From sequence record SRR20825006_1005: a stretch of 64,000 nt of DNA. The stretch is one strand, 5' to 3'. The translations under genes and the position numbers were made by a program. The notes under the pieces were generated by a model. That model was given only the letters and a program-made list of their open reading frames with translations. It made no database searches and was not told the DNA's origin. Below are positions 43,703 through 53,366 of the stretch, in pieces (positions within the stretch are counted from its first letter, which is position 1; each line of letters begins with the position of its first letter).

Positions 43703-44371
43703 CGGTTTTGACTTCTGTACTACGAATGGGGCGAAGGACGGCCTGGTTTCACGCTGGCAAGTTCCACGGCATCGACCGCTCGGATTGAGACTCCGCCCCG
43801 GCCATTAGAGGGTGTTTTTGTCAGTCTGGATCGATTGCACGCATCGTACCAGAGGATCGTTCGGGACGACCCATACCCGCCGGATAACCGGGCTGAACTT
43901 CCGTAAGCCGCAAACGTTAACAAGCTGCCGAAAAACACCCAAACCACTGCATTGAAGCCTAGGTGTCGCCGATACGTTTGTTGTCCGACCGCATGAGTCG
44001 GGTTTGAAACGCTCCCGGCGTCGAAGGCTCGAATTCACTCAGGCGACTCGGATGACCCAGAGATGCAGACAGCGGATGTCTGCATCTGGCAGATGTTTCT
44101 TCATCCAACGATTGGACCAGCTACACCGTCGCCAGAGACCCTGGCACGAATCGAAATGGATTTCAGGACTGAACGAAGTCAGCGGGCTGGGTGCTCGCAC
44201 CTGGTTCGGTTTGTGTTCTGAAGTCTTGACCTCGGGACTTGATCGTCGGCGACTTCGTCCGACGACCGTGTCCCCAAGGGCAACGATTCAACGGTGAGGT
44301 TGCAGAATCGCAAGTGACGGATCACTGCCGACAACTTCCCGCAACAATCTCGAGAGGGAGAATAATCTCCG

Positions 44372-45217
44372 ATGAAGCGGACAATTTTAACATTGACGAT
44401 GGTCGTGGCGAGTTCGGTCTGTACTCAAGGCTTTGGCTTTGACTTGCTTGATCGCATGCTCGGCATGAAAGGCTGCGGCAGCTCGACAGCTTGCTGCGAA
44501 GCTCCTGTTTGCGAACCTACTTGTGGTTTGGAAGCACCTTGCGGCGGTTGCGACAGCGACTGCGGATGTGCTCCTGCTTGCGAACCCGATTGCGGTTGCG
44601 AAGCTCCTTGTGGCGGTTGCGACTCCGGTTGTGGCTTGCTGAAGGGCAAACTGCTCGGCGGATGCAACAGCTGTGCAGAACCAACTTGCGGTTGCGAAAT
44701 CGCTGATTGTGGCTGTGCTCCTGCATGCGAAACCGCTTGCGAACCAGCTTGTGGTTGCGAAATCGCTTCTTGCGAACCTTCGTGCTGCGACAGCGGATGC
44801 AGCATCGGCAAGGGCGGCTTGCTCAGCAAGTTGTTCAACAAAGGCTGCAACAGCTGCTGCGAAGCTCCATGCGAAGTCGCTTGCGAACCAGCTTGCGGTT
44901 GCGAAATCGCTTCTTGCGAACCTACCTGCTGCGATAGCGGATGTGACAGCGGTTGCTGCAGCATCGGCAAAGGTGGCTTGTTGAAGAAACTCTTCGGCAA
45001 CCTCGGTTGCAAGAAGAGCAGCTGCTGTGACATGGGCTGCGATGCAGCTCCTTGTGACACCGGATGCGGATGTGGATCGACCTACGCGGCTCCTACCGCA
45101 GCACCCGTTGTTGCTCCTCAAGCAGCTCCAATGCCACCAGCACCGATCGTTGATCCAAGTGCAAGCATTTCCCGTAATCGTCGCGTCATTCAGGCCAGTG
45201 CCAGCTACGTTCGCTGA
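44372..45217 (+). CDS. Secreted cysteine-rich repeat protein
   Basis: GGAG RBS, signal peptide, about 50 Cys by hand count in CEPxCGCE / CDSGC repeats, own terminator. Confidence 0.85.
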   Translation: MKRTILTLTMVVASSVCTQGFGFDLLDRMLGMKGCGSSTACCEAPVCEPTCGLEAPCGGCDSDCGCAPACEPDCGCEAPCGGCDSGCGLLKGKLLGGCNSCAEPTCGCEIADCGCAPACETACEPACGCEIASCEPSCCDSGCSIGKGGLLSKLFNKGCNSCCEAPCEVACEPACGCEIASCEPTCCDSGCDSGCCSIGKGGLLKKLFGNLGCKKSSCCDMGCDAAPCDTGCGCGSTYAAPTAAPVVAPQAAPMPPAPIVDPSASISRNRRVIQASASYVR

Positions 45218-45271
45218 GTGAACTTGTTCACTTGATGAAAGTAGACCACTGCGTCAAACAGACGTGACTCC

Positions 45272-45314
45272 AAAACGCCTCGGCGAAGGGTAACCTTCTC
45301 CGGGGCGTTTTTTT
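45272..45314 (+). terminator. Intrinsic terminator
   Basis: AAAACGCCTCGG..GAAGG-GTAA-CCTTC..CCGGGGCG followed by T7. Confidence 0.85.
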
Positions 45315-45363
45315 ATGCGCTCGTCGTCGGGCGGAGACAAACCCGGTGGCTATCTGATCAATT

Positions 45364-45399
45364 CGTACGCTGAACAAAGCTCCGTACGCTGAACAAAGC
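45364..45399. repeat. Exact 17 bp direct repeat
   Basis: CGTACGCTGAACAAAGC at 45364-45380 and 45383-45399. Confidence 0.8.
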
Positions 45400-45449
45400 C
45401 TATTAGAACGATGCGGCCGTGCCGAGCTTGACCATCGCGGCGATTGCAA

Positions 45450-47474
45450 TCATGCCCCGCGAATGACCGCGTAGATGCTGATCTGCATCCGCGAAAGTTT
45501 GTCGATGAAGTCTTCGACCAAATCAATGGGATCGATGTCCTTCATGTCGGTCGTCTCAATCGCCAAGCAATCAGGTTTGGTTTCGGTTCCTTCAACCGGG
45601 TCCAAACAAATCCACTGATCGTCCACTTTGGCCACAACCCACGCGTGATAAACAAAGCGGTTCCCATCGGGCAAACGTGCTCGTGTTTGAAACGGCAACG
45701 CCAGATCTCGTGTGGGCGAAATGTGGTCGGCAGTTTGGTGACGAATGCCCATTACCATCCGAGACGGGATGCCAGCGGATCGCAATAAAGCCATCAGCAG
45801 AATGGACTGCTCCGTGCTGTCAGCTGTCGACGAGTCCGCAATCTGGCTGGCCGGCCGCATCCCTTGTGAAAGTGGTTGAAAGGACAACAGCGAGTGAACC
45901 GTTCGGTTCATCTCCATCGCACGCTCAGCAGTTGTGAAGTCAGGACTGTTGGCCGTCGCCTTGGCAATCCGCCGAACGGTAGCGGATCGATAGTCGACCA
46001 AGGATGTCGCCGCCAAATCAGCCGGTGAATCTTCTCCTCCGAATTGATCAAAGCGATCGCGAAGCTTTGATTGAGGAACAGGAACGCGGGAAACGATCAG
46101 TTTTTGTTCGACGCCGTCACCGCCGCGTTGTAGATATTGTCGTGGTGCCAACGCAATCCGGTTGTCGTCGTCATCAGCGGGTGCGTCAGACTCTGGCTCG
46201 GTGGTCTGCTCGTCTTCGCTTGGCGTGACCGATTCAGGTGCGGGCGGTTTGGCCCACATGATTTTGTATCCCACTTGTCGCAGATCGCCCGCTAGCAAGC
46301 TGGACTCCGTTTCCAAAGGTTTGCCCTGTACCTGCAAGGCAATCGGATAATCTTGGTTGAGGAACTCTTTTCCCAGCAGTTTGTACTGAGACTCTTTGCA
46401 GCCGTACGAAAATCGTTGTTCGTTCGAGACGTGATAGAGCTGGACCTGGCCCTGATCATCAAACCAATAAACGCTTTCCCGTTGACGTTTGGGATCGAGC
46501 GACAGCAAACAAGATGCTTCCTGGAGAACGACCTCTTGGAACCCTTGCGGAGTCAACACCGAAGGCGAAGCGAGTGAGTTGTGTTGCAGACGAAGCGTTG
46601 CAACTTCGCCCATGATCGGAAGCAACACGTTGGCTTCGCGAACCTCGCCTTCCTTCAGCGGTTTTCGTCGCAATGTTTGGTAAACGTGCAGCGGTCCACC
46701 GAGTGGCGAATTGATTCGCAGTGTCTTCTTCTGCGATGAGACCAAACGGTCATCTACGAACTGCACTTCGCTCGCGGTGATTTCAATGGTCCGGTGCGAT
46801 TCAATTGGGCCTCGCCGGAACGTGCAGTCGACTTTCTTTAGATCGCCGTTGGCATCGTGCCAAAACGTTTGCTGGTTGGATTCGAGGATCTGCAGCATGC
46901 CTCGGTAAGTCAAACCTTGTTCTTCCAGTTCAACTTTGATTTGGTTGTCCACTGTTCGAGTGGATTTGGCATGAATGCCGCCCAAGATGGTTGAACGCAG
47001 GCTGTGGATTTGCCACGTCTCCCACTCGTCGGCGAGTCGATTCGCGATGTCGCCCGGGGAAGTCTGTGAGGCAGGTTTGCCGGAGACCGTTCCCATGGTC
47101 GCCGAAGGTGATTGACCAGGGGTGAGGATTTCTGGCATTCCGGATTGCCGCATTGCGTCGGCGGCAGAATTCGGGCGTGCCGTGTTGCTGGCCTGAGACG
47201 CAAAAGAGGACGAAGCGTCAGAATGCCAAGGGGCCGGTTTTTCAAACGATTCAATGTCGTACCGATCAGGCAGATCGCAACCCAGCGGGCTTGCGATCGC
47301 GGGAACTGCAATCGCGATCAGACAGAGTGTTCTCAGCGACTTTCGAGCCCGGTGCTTCGTGATATCCGATTTCGCGGCATTGGACTCACAGCCGAGGCCC
47401 GATGAATGGCCTTGGTTCGAGAAAATGCGTCGTAGACGGGGCAAAGTCCGTCGGAATGCTGTTCGATCCATCAT
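45450..47474 (-). CDS. Transglutaminase-like domain lipoprotein
   Basis: PLGC lipobox; ADSTEQSILLMALLRSAGIPSR, YHAWV, WICLDP core. Confidence 0.8.
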   Translation of the reverse strand: MMDRTAFRRTLPRLRRIFSNQGHSSGLGCESNAAKSDITKHRARKSLRTLCLIAIAVPAIASPLGCDLPDRYDIESFEKPAPWHSDASSSFASQASNTARPNSAADAMRQSGMPEILTPGQSPSATMGTVSGKPASQTSPGDIANRLADEWETWQIHSLRSTILGGIHAKSTRTVDNQIKVELEEQGLTYRGMLQILESNQQTFWHDANGDLKKVDCTFRRGPIESHRTIEITASEVQFVDDRLVSSQKKTLRINSPLGGPLHVYQTLRRKPLKEGEVREANVLLPIMGEVATLRLQHNSLASPSVLTPQGFQEVVLQEASCLLSLDPKRQRESVYWFDDQGQVQLYHVSNEQRFSYGCKESQYKLLGKEFLNQDYPIALQVQGKPLETESSLLAGDLRQVGYKIMWAKPPAPESVTPSEDEQTTEPESDAPADDDDNRIALAPRQYLQRGGDGVEQKLIVSRVPVPQSKLRDRFDQFGGEDSPADLAATSLVDYRSATVRRIAKATANSPDFTTAERAMEMNRTVHSLLSFQPLSQGMRPASQIADSSTADSTEQSILLMALLRSAGIPSRMVMGIRHQTADHISPTRDLALPFQTRARLPDGNRFVYHAWVVAKVDDQWICLDPVEGTETKPDCLAIETTDMKDIDPIDLVEDFIDKLSRMQISIYAVIRGA

Positions 47475-47837
47475 GACCAGCCGCTTGAATGCGTTTCAAA
47501 GAAGCGTTTTTCTGAAATTTGCGGCGATTGAGCACCGCTGACACCCCAATGTCGACTCCCTGGCTTTTGTGTCAACCGCTTTCGGTGGGTTCTGTTCGTG
47601 TGTTGGGCATTTGGTGGCAGGTTGAGCGGAACGTTTGTGCCGGTTGTAGCGGTGAAAATTTTTGGGAGGCCAGCATAAAACCCATTCAGCGAGTTTTGAG
47701 CGGTTCTGGATGAGTTGTGGAGTCTTCGTCGAGGTGTGACCTAGCTTTGTGTGTTCACCAGTCGCAGCGGTGAACCGGCTCAGGCAATCTTTTCACCCTG
47801 ACGTCGACACTACGAACGCGTCGAAAATTACCAACCA

Positions 47838-48548
47838 ATGGGCTTTCTCAAACGCATCCTTCGTCCGACGACACAGGACGACGCGATTCCGACATCCGCG
47901 CCAGGCAGCTTTGAACGTCTTTCCGACGATGAGTTGCAAGTTCACATGGGGATCAAAACCTATGGGATGTTTGAATTGACTGACGCCATCCGACCTTCCT
48001 ACGACGTGCAGATTTCGCCACGTCAAGGATTTCGATACGACAAATACGTCGACGAATCCAATGGATCCACCACTCCGGTGATCATGGCCGCCGCATCCAA
48101 GCCGATTTTGATGGATGTGTTCTTGGACCTGATTGATCAATTGGGCAGTGTTGTCGATGTTGTCTTGGAAACGAGCCATCACAGTTCTTCACAACACGAA
48201 GATTTGTATCGGGAACACATTGACGTCCCGGTGCTCAAAAGCATCCTGATGGAATTCGAAGACGTGCTGCTCAATGACGGCTGCACCGGCATCGCCATCA
48301 TCAACACGGCCAAGCAACAGGAAGTCCAATTGGACGAACACAAACTGTTGATTGCTTATGGCACGCCGCTGGATGGATTCCGTCAAACGTTGATCAATTC
48401 CGACGTCTACCCGGACGACTCGATCAAGTTTGTTACCGAAGCTGAGCATGTGCACAGCAGCAGCGAACGCTTGTACGACAAGTTCCAACAGTTTAAAACC
48501 CGTTTGGGTGTTGAAGACGAACACGAGCCCGAATGCGGTGCTTGGTGA
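47838..48548 (+). CDS. Hypothetical acidic protein
   Basis: 236 aa ORF with genome-like codon usage; no family recognised. Confidence 0.7.
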   Translation: MGFLKRILRPTTQDDAIPTSAPGSFERLSDDELQVHMGIKTYGMFELTDAIRPSYDVQISPRQGFRYDKYVDESNGSTTPVIMAAASKPILMDVFLDLIDQLGSVVDVVLETSHHSSSQHEDLYREHIDVPVLKSILMEFEDVLLNDGCTGIAIINTAKQQEVQLDEHKLLIAYGTPLDGFRQTLINSDVYPDDSIKFVTEAEHVHSSSERLYDKFQQFKTRLGVEDEHEPECGAW

Positions 48549-48568
48549 TTGACCGGACTCACTGTTTG

Positions 48569-49534
48569 TCAGTGAGTTGTCATCGATCCCACTGCGATCA
48601 CCAGCGTCCCGGCGACTGACTCAGGAATTGCACGGTAATCCGTTTCAATTCCGGATTCGGCCAGCTTTTCGCGAATGCTTTGTGTGAACGCAGGCTGATG
48701 AATCAGTACGCTGCCGGTGCCTGCTAACGAGACCGGTTGGGTAAGCATGCCCAGTCGATTGATCAGCGTCTTGAGCATCTCCGCCAGATCCGTCGATGCC
48801 TGAACAATGATCTGCATCGCAACCGGGTCGCCCGAACCGGCCACATCAAAGACGAGTGGCGCGAGCGAGGCGATCATGATTCGATTGTTTGGATCGGCAT
48901 GCAGAATTGGAATCAATTCATCGGCCGATGGAATGGCGAAGTGCTCAAGCAGTCGACCATGCAATTGAGTGGCTGGCCCACGCCCGTCATCGACGCGAAC
49001 GGCAGCTCGTGTTGCTGCGAGAGCAATCTGATAGCCGCTGCCCTCATCGCCGAGCAAGCTTCCCCAGCCGCCACATCGCGCCATGTTGCCACTTGCGTTC
49101 TGGCCCAGTGCCAGCGAACCAGTTCCCGCGATCAACGCGATTCCGACCCCGTCTGGTGAGGCGGCATACAGCACTGGCAATGCGTCATCGACGACCGTCA
49201 ACTTGCTTGCCAGTTGACATTGTTCGGCCCAAGACCGGATGCGTTGCTGTTCGACATCTCGACCGGCACCCGCGAGAGCCAAACAGGCAGACTCGACGGT
49301 GACTCGAGACCGCTCCGCATCAGTGAAGGCTCGCTCGACCGCCAGATTCAAATTGTCAAACGCAGTCTCGAAGCCAACGCCGCGAACGTTCGACGATCCC
49401 GAATGTCCACGACCAATTGTTTCAATGGCGTTGAAGGGATCGCCGTCGTTCTTGAAGTCGCACCTCGCCAACCAAGCGACGGTTTTGGTGCCGCCCCCGT
49501 CGATCCCCAGGATGAGTCCGTCTGAAGTATTCAT
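48569..49534 (-). CDS. BadF/BadG/BcrA/BcrD-type N-acetylamino-sugar kinase (MurK-like)
   Basis: GIDGGGTKT, LIAGTGS, GGWGSLLGDEGSG; 4 nt overlap with murQ stop. Confidence 0.88.
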   Translation of the reverse strand: MNTSDGLILGIDGGGTKTVAWLARCDFKNDGDPFNAIETIGRGHSGSSNVRGVGFETAFDNLNLAVERAFTDAERSRVTVESACLALAGAGRDVEQQRIRSWAEQCQLASKLTVVDDALPVLYAASPDGVGIALIAGTGSLALGQNASGNMARCGGWGSLLGDEGSGYQIALAATRAAVRVDDGRGPATQLHGRLLEHFAIPSADELIPILHADPNNRIMIASLAPLVFDVAGSGDPVAMQIIVQASTDLAEMLKTLINRLGMLTQPVSLAGTGSVLIHQPAFTQSIREKLAESGIETDYRAIPESVAGTLVIAVGSMTTH

Positions 49535-50439
49535 TCGGACGGCGTCGCGAGCAGGCGACTGAGGTGTCCGTCGACGTCGACCAACATTTGACGGGCGGTC
49601 TGCGGCGAGACTTCTTTTTTATGAACGACGATCGCGGTCTTCACTTCGCCTTCGCATTGCTGCAGCAGTTGTTCAGCTTGATCGCTGGAGATATCGACGA
49701 TCTCCGACAGCATCTGTCGCGATCGGGCGACCAGCTTCTCGTTGGTTGCTCGGACGTCGACCATGCGATTGCCATAGGTCTTTCCAATTCGGATCATGGC
49801 ACCAGTTGTCAACATGTTCAGGACCATCTTGGTCGCTGTTCCAGCTTTCATTCGAGTCGATCCGCTGACGATCTCTGGACCGACAATTGGCGCGATCATG
49901 ATTTGGGACAATGGTCGCAACTGGCAATTTGGGTTGCAGCTCAGGCCGATTGTGAATGCACCGATGGATCGGGCGTATTTCAACCCGCCGATGACGTAGG
50001 GGGTTCTTCCGCTGGTGGCGATCCCGACCAACACATCGTTGCTGGATAAATTGATCTCCGCCAAGTCACGCTCGGCAAATTCAGGGTGATCCTCGGCACC
50101 TTCAATCGCGCGGGTCAGCGCCTCGGGACCGCCGGCGATAACACCCACGACCATTTCGGGTGGTGTGCGAAAGGTGGGTGGGCATTCGCTTGCATCGAGC
50201 ACCCCTAGGCGACCGGACGTGCCGGCTCCCAAGTAGATCAGCCGTCCGTTGGATCGAAATCTGTCCGCGATCACGTCCACCGCCTCAGCGATCATTTCGG
50301 CCTGCGTGTTCACCGCGGCAGCGACCAAAGCGTCCTGTTGATTGATCAGCTGAACGATCTGCAACGCTGACAAAGAATCGATTTGGGCAGAAGCTGGGTT
50401 GCTAGCTTCCGTGGTCAATTGATTCAACTGATTCAGCAT
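49531..50439 (-). CDS. murQ: N-acetylmuramic acid 6-phosphate etherase
   Basis: LTTE..NP, GAGTSGRLGVLDASECPPTF, EGAED, GSTRMKAGTA. Confidence 0.96.
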   Translation of the reverse strand: MLNQLNQLTTEASNPASAQIDSLSALQIVQLINQQDALVAAAVNTQAEMIAEAVDVIADRFRSNGRLIYLGAGTSGRLGVLDASECPPTFRTPPEMVVGVIAGGPEALTRAIEGAEDHPEFAERDLAEINLSSNDVLVGIATSGRTPYVIGGLKYARSIGAFTIGLSCNPNCQLRPLSQIMIAPIVGPEIVSGSTRMKAGTATKMVLNMLTTGAMIRIGKTYGNRMVDVRATNEKLVARSRQMLSEIVDISSDQAEQLLQQCEGEVKTAIVVHKKEVSPQTARQMLVDVDGHLSRLLATPSE

Positions 50440-50574
50440 GGTGAATGGTTTCGTAGGAGTGATTTCCCGGACCGCAACAAACCCGACCCCAACAAAATAC
50501 AGTAAGGTAGCCACGCAGGTGAGACGGGGCGAGTTCACGCCGCCAAATGGACTTCCGCATACGAGATTCAACAC

Positions 50575-52098
50575 TTGGCTATCAGCTTCTTTGACCTTGC
50601 CGTTCTGGTCATCTACATGCTTGCGATGGTTGCCTTTGGCATCTGGGTCGGGCGAGATCAAAAGGACTTGGCAGGTTACTTGCTGGGCGGACGCTCGATG
50701 CCGTGGTGGTCAATCCTGGGGTCGATCGTCGCAACAGAAACTAGCACCGCGACATTCTTGAGCGTGCCCGGAATCGCGTTCGCCGTCGATGGCGACATGC
50801 GTTTTTTGCAATTGGGAATGGGGTTGGTCATCGGCCGTTTGATCGTGGCGATCGTGTTGGTGCCGCTGTTTCGACGTGGCGAGATCTATTCGGCCTATGA
50901 GATTCTGGCGACGCGGTTTGGCGGATCCAGCAAGCGTTTCGCATCGTTGCTGTTTCTGGTCACCCGAAACTTGGGCGATGGATTGCGTCTGTTCCTGGCG
51001 GGCATCGCGCTAGAAAAGGTGCTCAGCGTTGATCTGGTTAGCTGCATCGTGATCTTGGGTGTCTTCACGATTGTCTACACGTTCTTTGGCGGGATCAAAG
51101 CTGTCATCTGGAGCGACTGCATCCAGTTGGTTGTTTACATGGTCGGTGGCGTGTTGTCGTTGATGATTCTCGTCAGATACTTCCCGGGCGGTTGGCAACA
51201 ACTGGTCGAATTTGGTCAGGAGACCGGGCGTTTCCATGTCTTTGATTTCCGCGTTCGAACAACTGAAACGTTCAGTGTGCTGACCGAACCGTTCACGTTC
51301 TGGTCGGGAGTCATCGGCGGAGCGGTGTTGACGCTGGGAACGCACGGGACCGATCAAATGATTGTTCAACGTTACTTGGCCGCTCGCAGCACGATGGATG
51401 CGCAGCGAGCCGTGGTTGCCAGTGGCGTGGTCGTCCTGATCCAGTTCGCTTTGTTCCTGGTGTTGGGTGTTGCGTTGGCATGTTTCTATTCGCAAATCCA
51501 TCCGCGAGCGTTTGAACACAACGACGAAGTTTTCGCGGCGTTCATTGTCGATTACCTGCCCGTTGGTTTGGTTGGCCTCACGCTGGCGGCGGTGTTTGCG
51601 GCAGCCATGTCAACGTTGTCCAGTTCGTTGAATTCGTCGGCCTCGGCAGCCGTCTCGGATTTCTACCAACCTTGGCTGCTCGCTCGCCACAACCGATCGT
51701 CAGACAAAGAAACTGACGAGCAGAGCTTTGATCGCGAAACGTCTGGCAACCTTCTCGGAGTCAGTCGCAAGCTGACCATCGCCTTTGGTTTGATTCAGAT
51801 CGGGATTGGGATCGGTGCGAGCTATCTGTCCAGCAGTGTCATCAGTGATGCACTGGCGATTGCGGGCTTCACGGCGGGGATTTTGTTGGGCGTGTTCCTA
51901 CTTGGGATCTTGACCACTTCTGCTCACCAGCGTGGGGCTCTGATCGGAATGGTCTCGGGCATGGTCGTGCTCACTGCCATCAAGTTTGGAACGGCTGTCG
52001 CGTGGCCATGGTTCGCGATCATCGGGTCGGTCACCACGTTCACGGCAGGCTACATCGCCAGTCGCTTAATCCCTGCCGGGCAGCGAGCCGAGAATTGA
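50575..52098 (+). CDS. Sodium:solute symporter (SSS family)
   Basis: YLLGGRSMPWW, SIVATETS, GGIKAVIWSD, DQMIVQRYLA, AAAMSTLSSSLNS; TTG start. Confidence 0.93.
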   Translation: MAISFFDLAVLVIYMLAMVAFGIWVGRDQKDLAGYLLGGRSMPWWSILGSIVATETSTATFLSVPGIAFAVDGDMRFLQLGMGLVIGRLIVAIVLVPLFRRGEIYSAYEILATRFGGSSKRFASLLFLVTRNLGDGLRLFLAGIALEKVLSVDLVSCIVILGVFTIVYTFFGGIKAVIWSDCIQLVVYMVGGVLSLMILVRYFPGGWQQLVEFGQETGRFHVFDFRVRTTETFSVLTEPFTFWSGVIGGAVLTLGTHGTDQMIVQRYLAARSTMDAQRAVVASGVVVLIQFALFLVLGVALACFYSQIHPRAFEHNDEVFAAFIVDYLPVGLVGLTLAAVFAAAMSTLSSSLNSSASAAVSDFYQPWLLARHNRSSDKETDEQSFDRETSGNLLGVSRKLTIAFGLIQIGIGIGASYLSSSVISDALAIAGFTAGILLGVFLLGILTTSAHQRGALIGMVSGMVVLTAIKFGTAVAWPWFAIIGSVTTFTAGYIASRLIPAGQRAEN

Positions 52099-52139
52099 TA
52101 CCACTTTTTCGAAAAATGACTCTTTGATACCGACACCAC

Positions 52140-53366
52140 ATGTTCTCTCTGAAATCAATCATGCATCATCCGTGTGCTGCAGCTTGTCTGCTTGCGATCA
52201 TGTTTTCCGTCTCCCAATCCAGTGAAGCCAGTGCGCAAGTTCTGGCCGGGATCGATGTTTTGCAGCGAGATGATTTCGCAAGCCTTGCTGGTCAAAAGGT
52301 CGGGCTGATCACGAACCACACGGGCACGAACCTGACCGGGGCCTCGACGGTTCAGTTGCTGCACGATTCAAAGGAGGTGGACCTGGTCGCCTTGTTCAGT
52401 CCCGAACATGGGTTTGTGGGCCAACTGGATCAAGCCAATATCGACGACCAACAGGATGCGTTGACCGGATTGAAGGTTCACAGTCTGTACGGCAAAACGC
52501 GAGTTCCGACAGCGGAGATGCTAGAAGGCATCGACACGCTGGTCTTTGATATTCAGGACATTGGCGTTCGTTTCTACACCTACATCTCGACGATGGGTGG
52601 CGCGATGAAGGCGGCGGCAGAGAATGATGTTCGGTTTGTAGTTTTGGATCGGCCCAATCCAATCAACGGGACGGAGGTGCAAGGTCCCGTCACCGATGAG
52701 GGAAGCGAGTCGTTCATCGCTTACCACCGCATTCCCGTCCGGCATGGGATGACGATTGGTGAGCTGGCGAAAATGTTCCAAGCGGAATGGCAACTCGATC
52801 TGGATTTGCAAGTCATTCCGATGAAGGGTTGGGAAGGCCGTCCGGGGTTCGATCAAACCGGACGGATGTGGATCAATCCATCACCCAATATGCGCACTCT
52901 CAACGCGGCCTACCTTTATCCGGCGATTGGATTGTGGGAGACAACCAATTTGTCCGTTGGCCGGGGAACGGACACACCGTTTGAACACTTCGGTGCTCCC
53001 TGGATCGACGCATTGGAACTGGCAAGTGAACTGAACGCACAAGGATTGAGCGGGGTGCGATTTGTCCCGATCGAGTTCACTCCGAACGCCAGCAAATTTG
53101 CCAATGAAAAGTGTGGCGGAGTGAACGTGATCCTGACTCAGCGGGCTGAGTTCGATCCGTTGCAAACCTCGCTAACCATTGCGGTGACGTTGAGGAAACT
53201 TGCTCCCGATGATTGGAATACGAAGTCACTGAACCGTTTGTTGGTCAGCCAGAAAACAGCGGAAGGAATCCTGGGCGGTCACTCGGTGGAGCAGTTGCAG
53301 GCGGCCTACCAAGAAGAGTTGGAAGAGTTTCAAAATCGCCGACTGAAGTACCTGATGTATCGCTGA
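52140..53366 (+). CDS. namZ: Exo-beta-N-acetylmuramidase (NamZ/DUF1343 family), secreted
   Basis: GLITNHTG, LFSPEHG, FDIQDIGVRFYTY, LDRPNP, RHGMTIGELA, PSPNM, SVGRGT. Confidence 0.92.
   Translation: MFSLKSIMHHPCAAACLLAIMFSVSQSSEASAQVLAGIDVLQRDDFASLAGQKVGLITNHTGTNLTGASTVQLLHDSKEVDLVALFSPEHGFVGQLDQANIDDQQDALTGLKVHSLYGKTRVPTAEMLEGIDTLVFDIQDIGVRFYTYISTMGGAMKAAAENDVRFVVLDRPNPINGTEVQGPVTDEGSESFIAYHRIPVRHGMTIGELAKMFQAEWQLDLDLQVIPMKGWEGRPGFDQTGRMWINPSPNMRTLNAAYLYPAIGLWETTNLSVGRGTDTPFEHFGAPWIDALELASELNAQGLSGVRFVPIEFTPNASKFANEKCGGVNVILTQRAEFDPLQTSLTIAVTLRKLAPDDWNTKSLNRLLVSQKTAEGILGGHSVEQLQAAYQEELEEFQNRRLKYLMYR

Noticed and set aside
44387-45121. Long antisense ORFs over the Cys-rich gene
   Set aside because: Shadows of the repetitive codons; RBS, signal peptide and terminator all support the + strand gene
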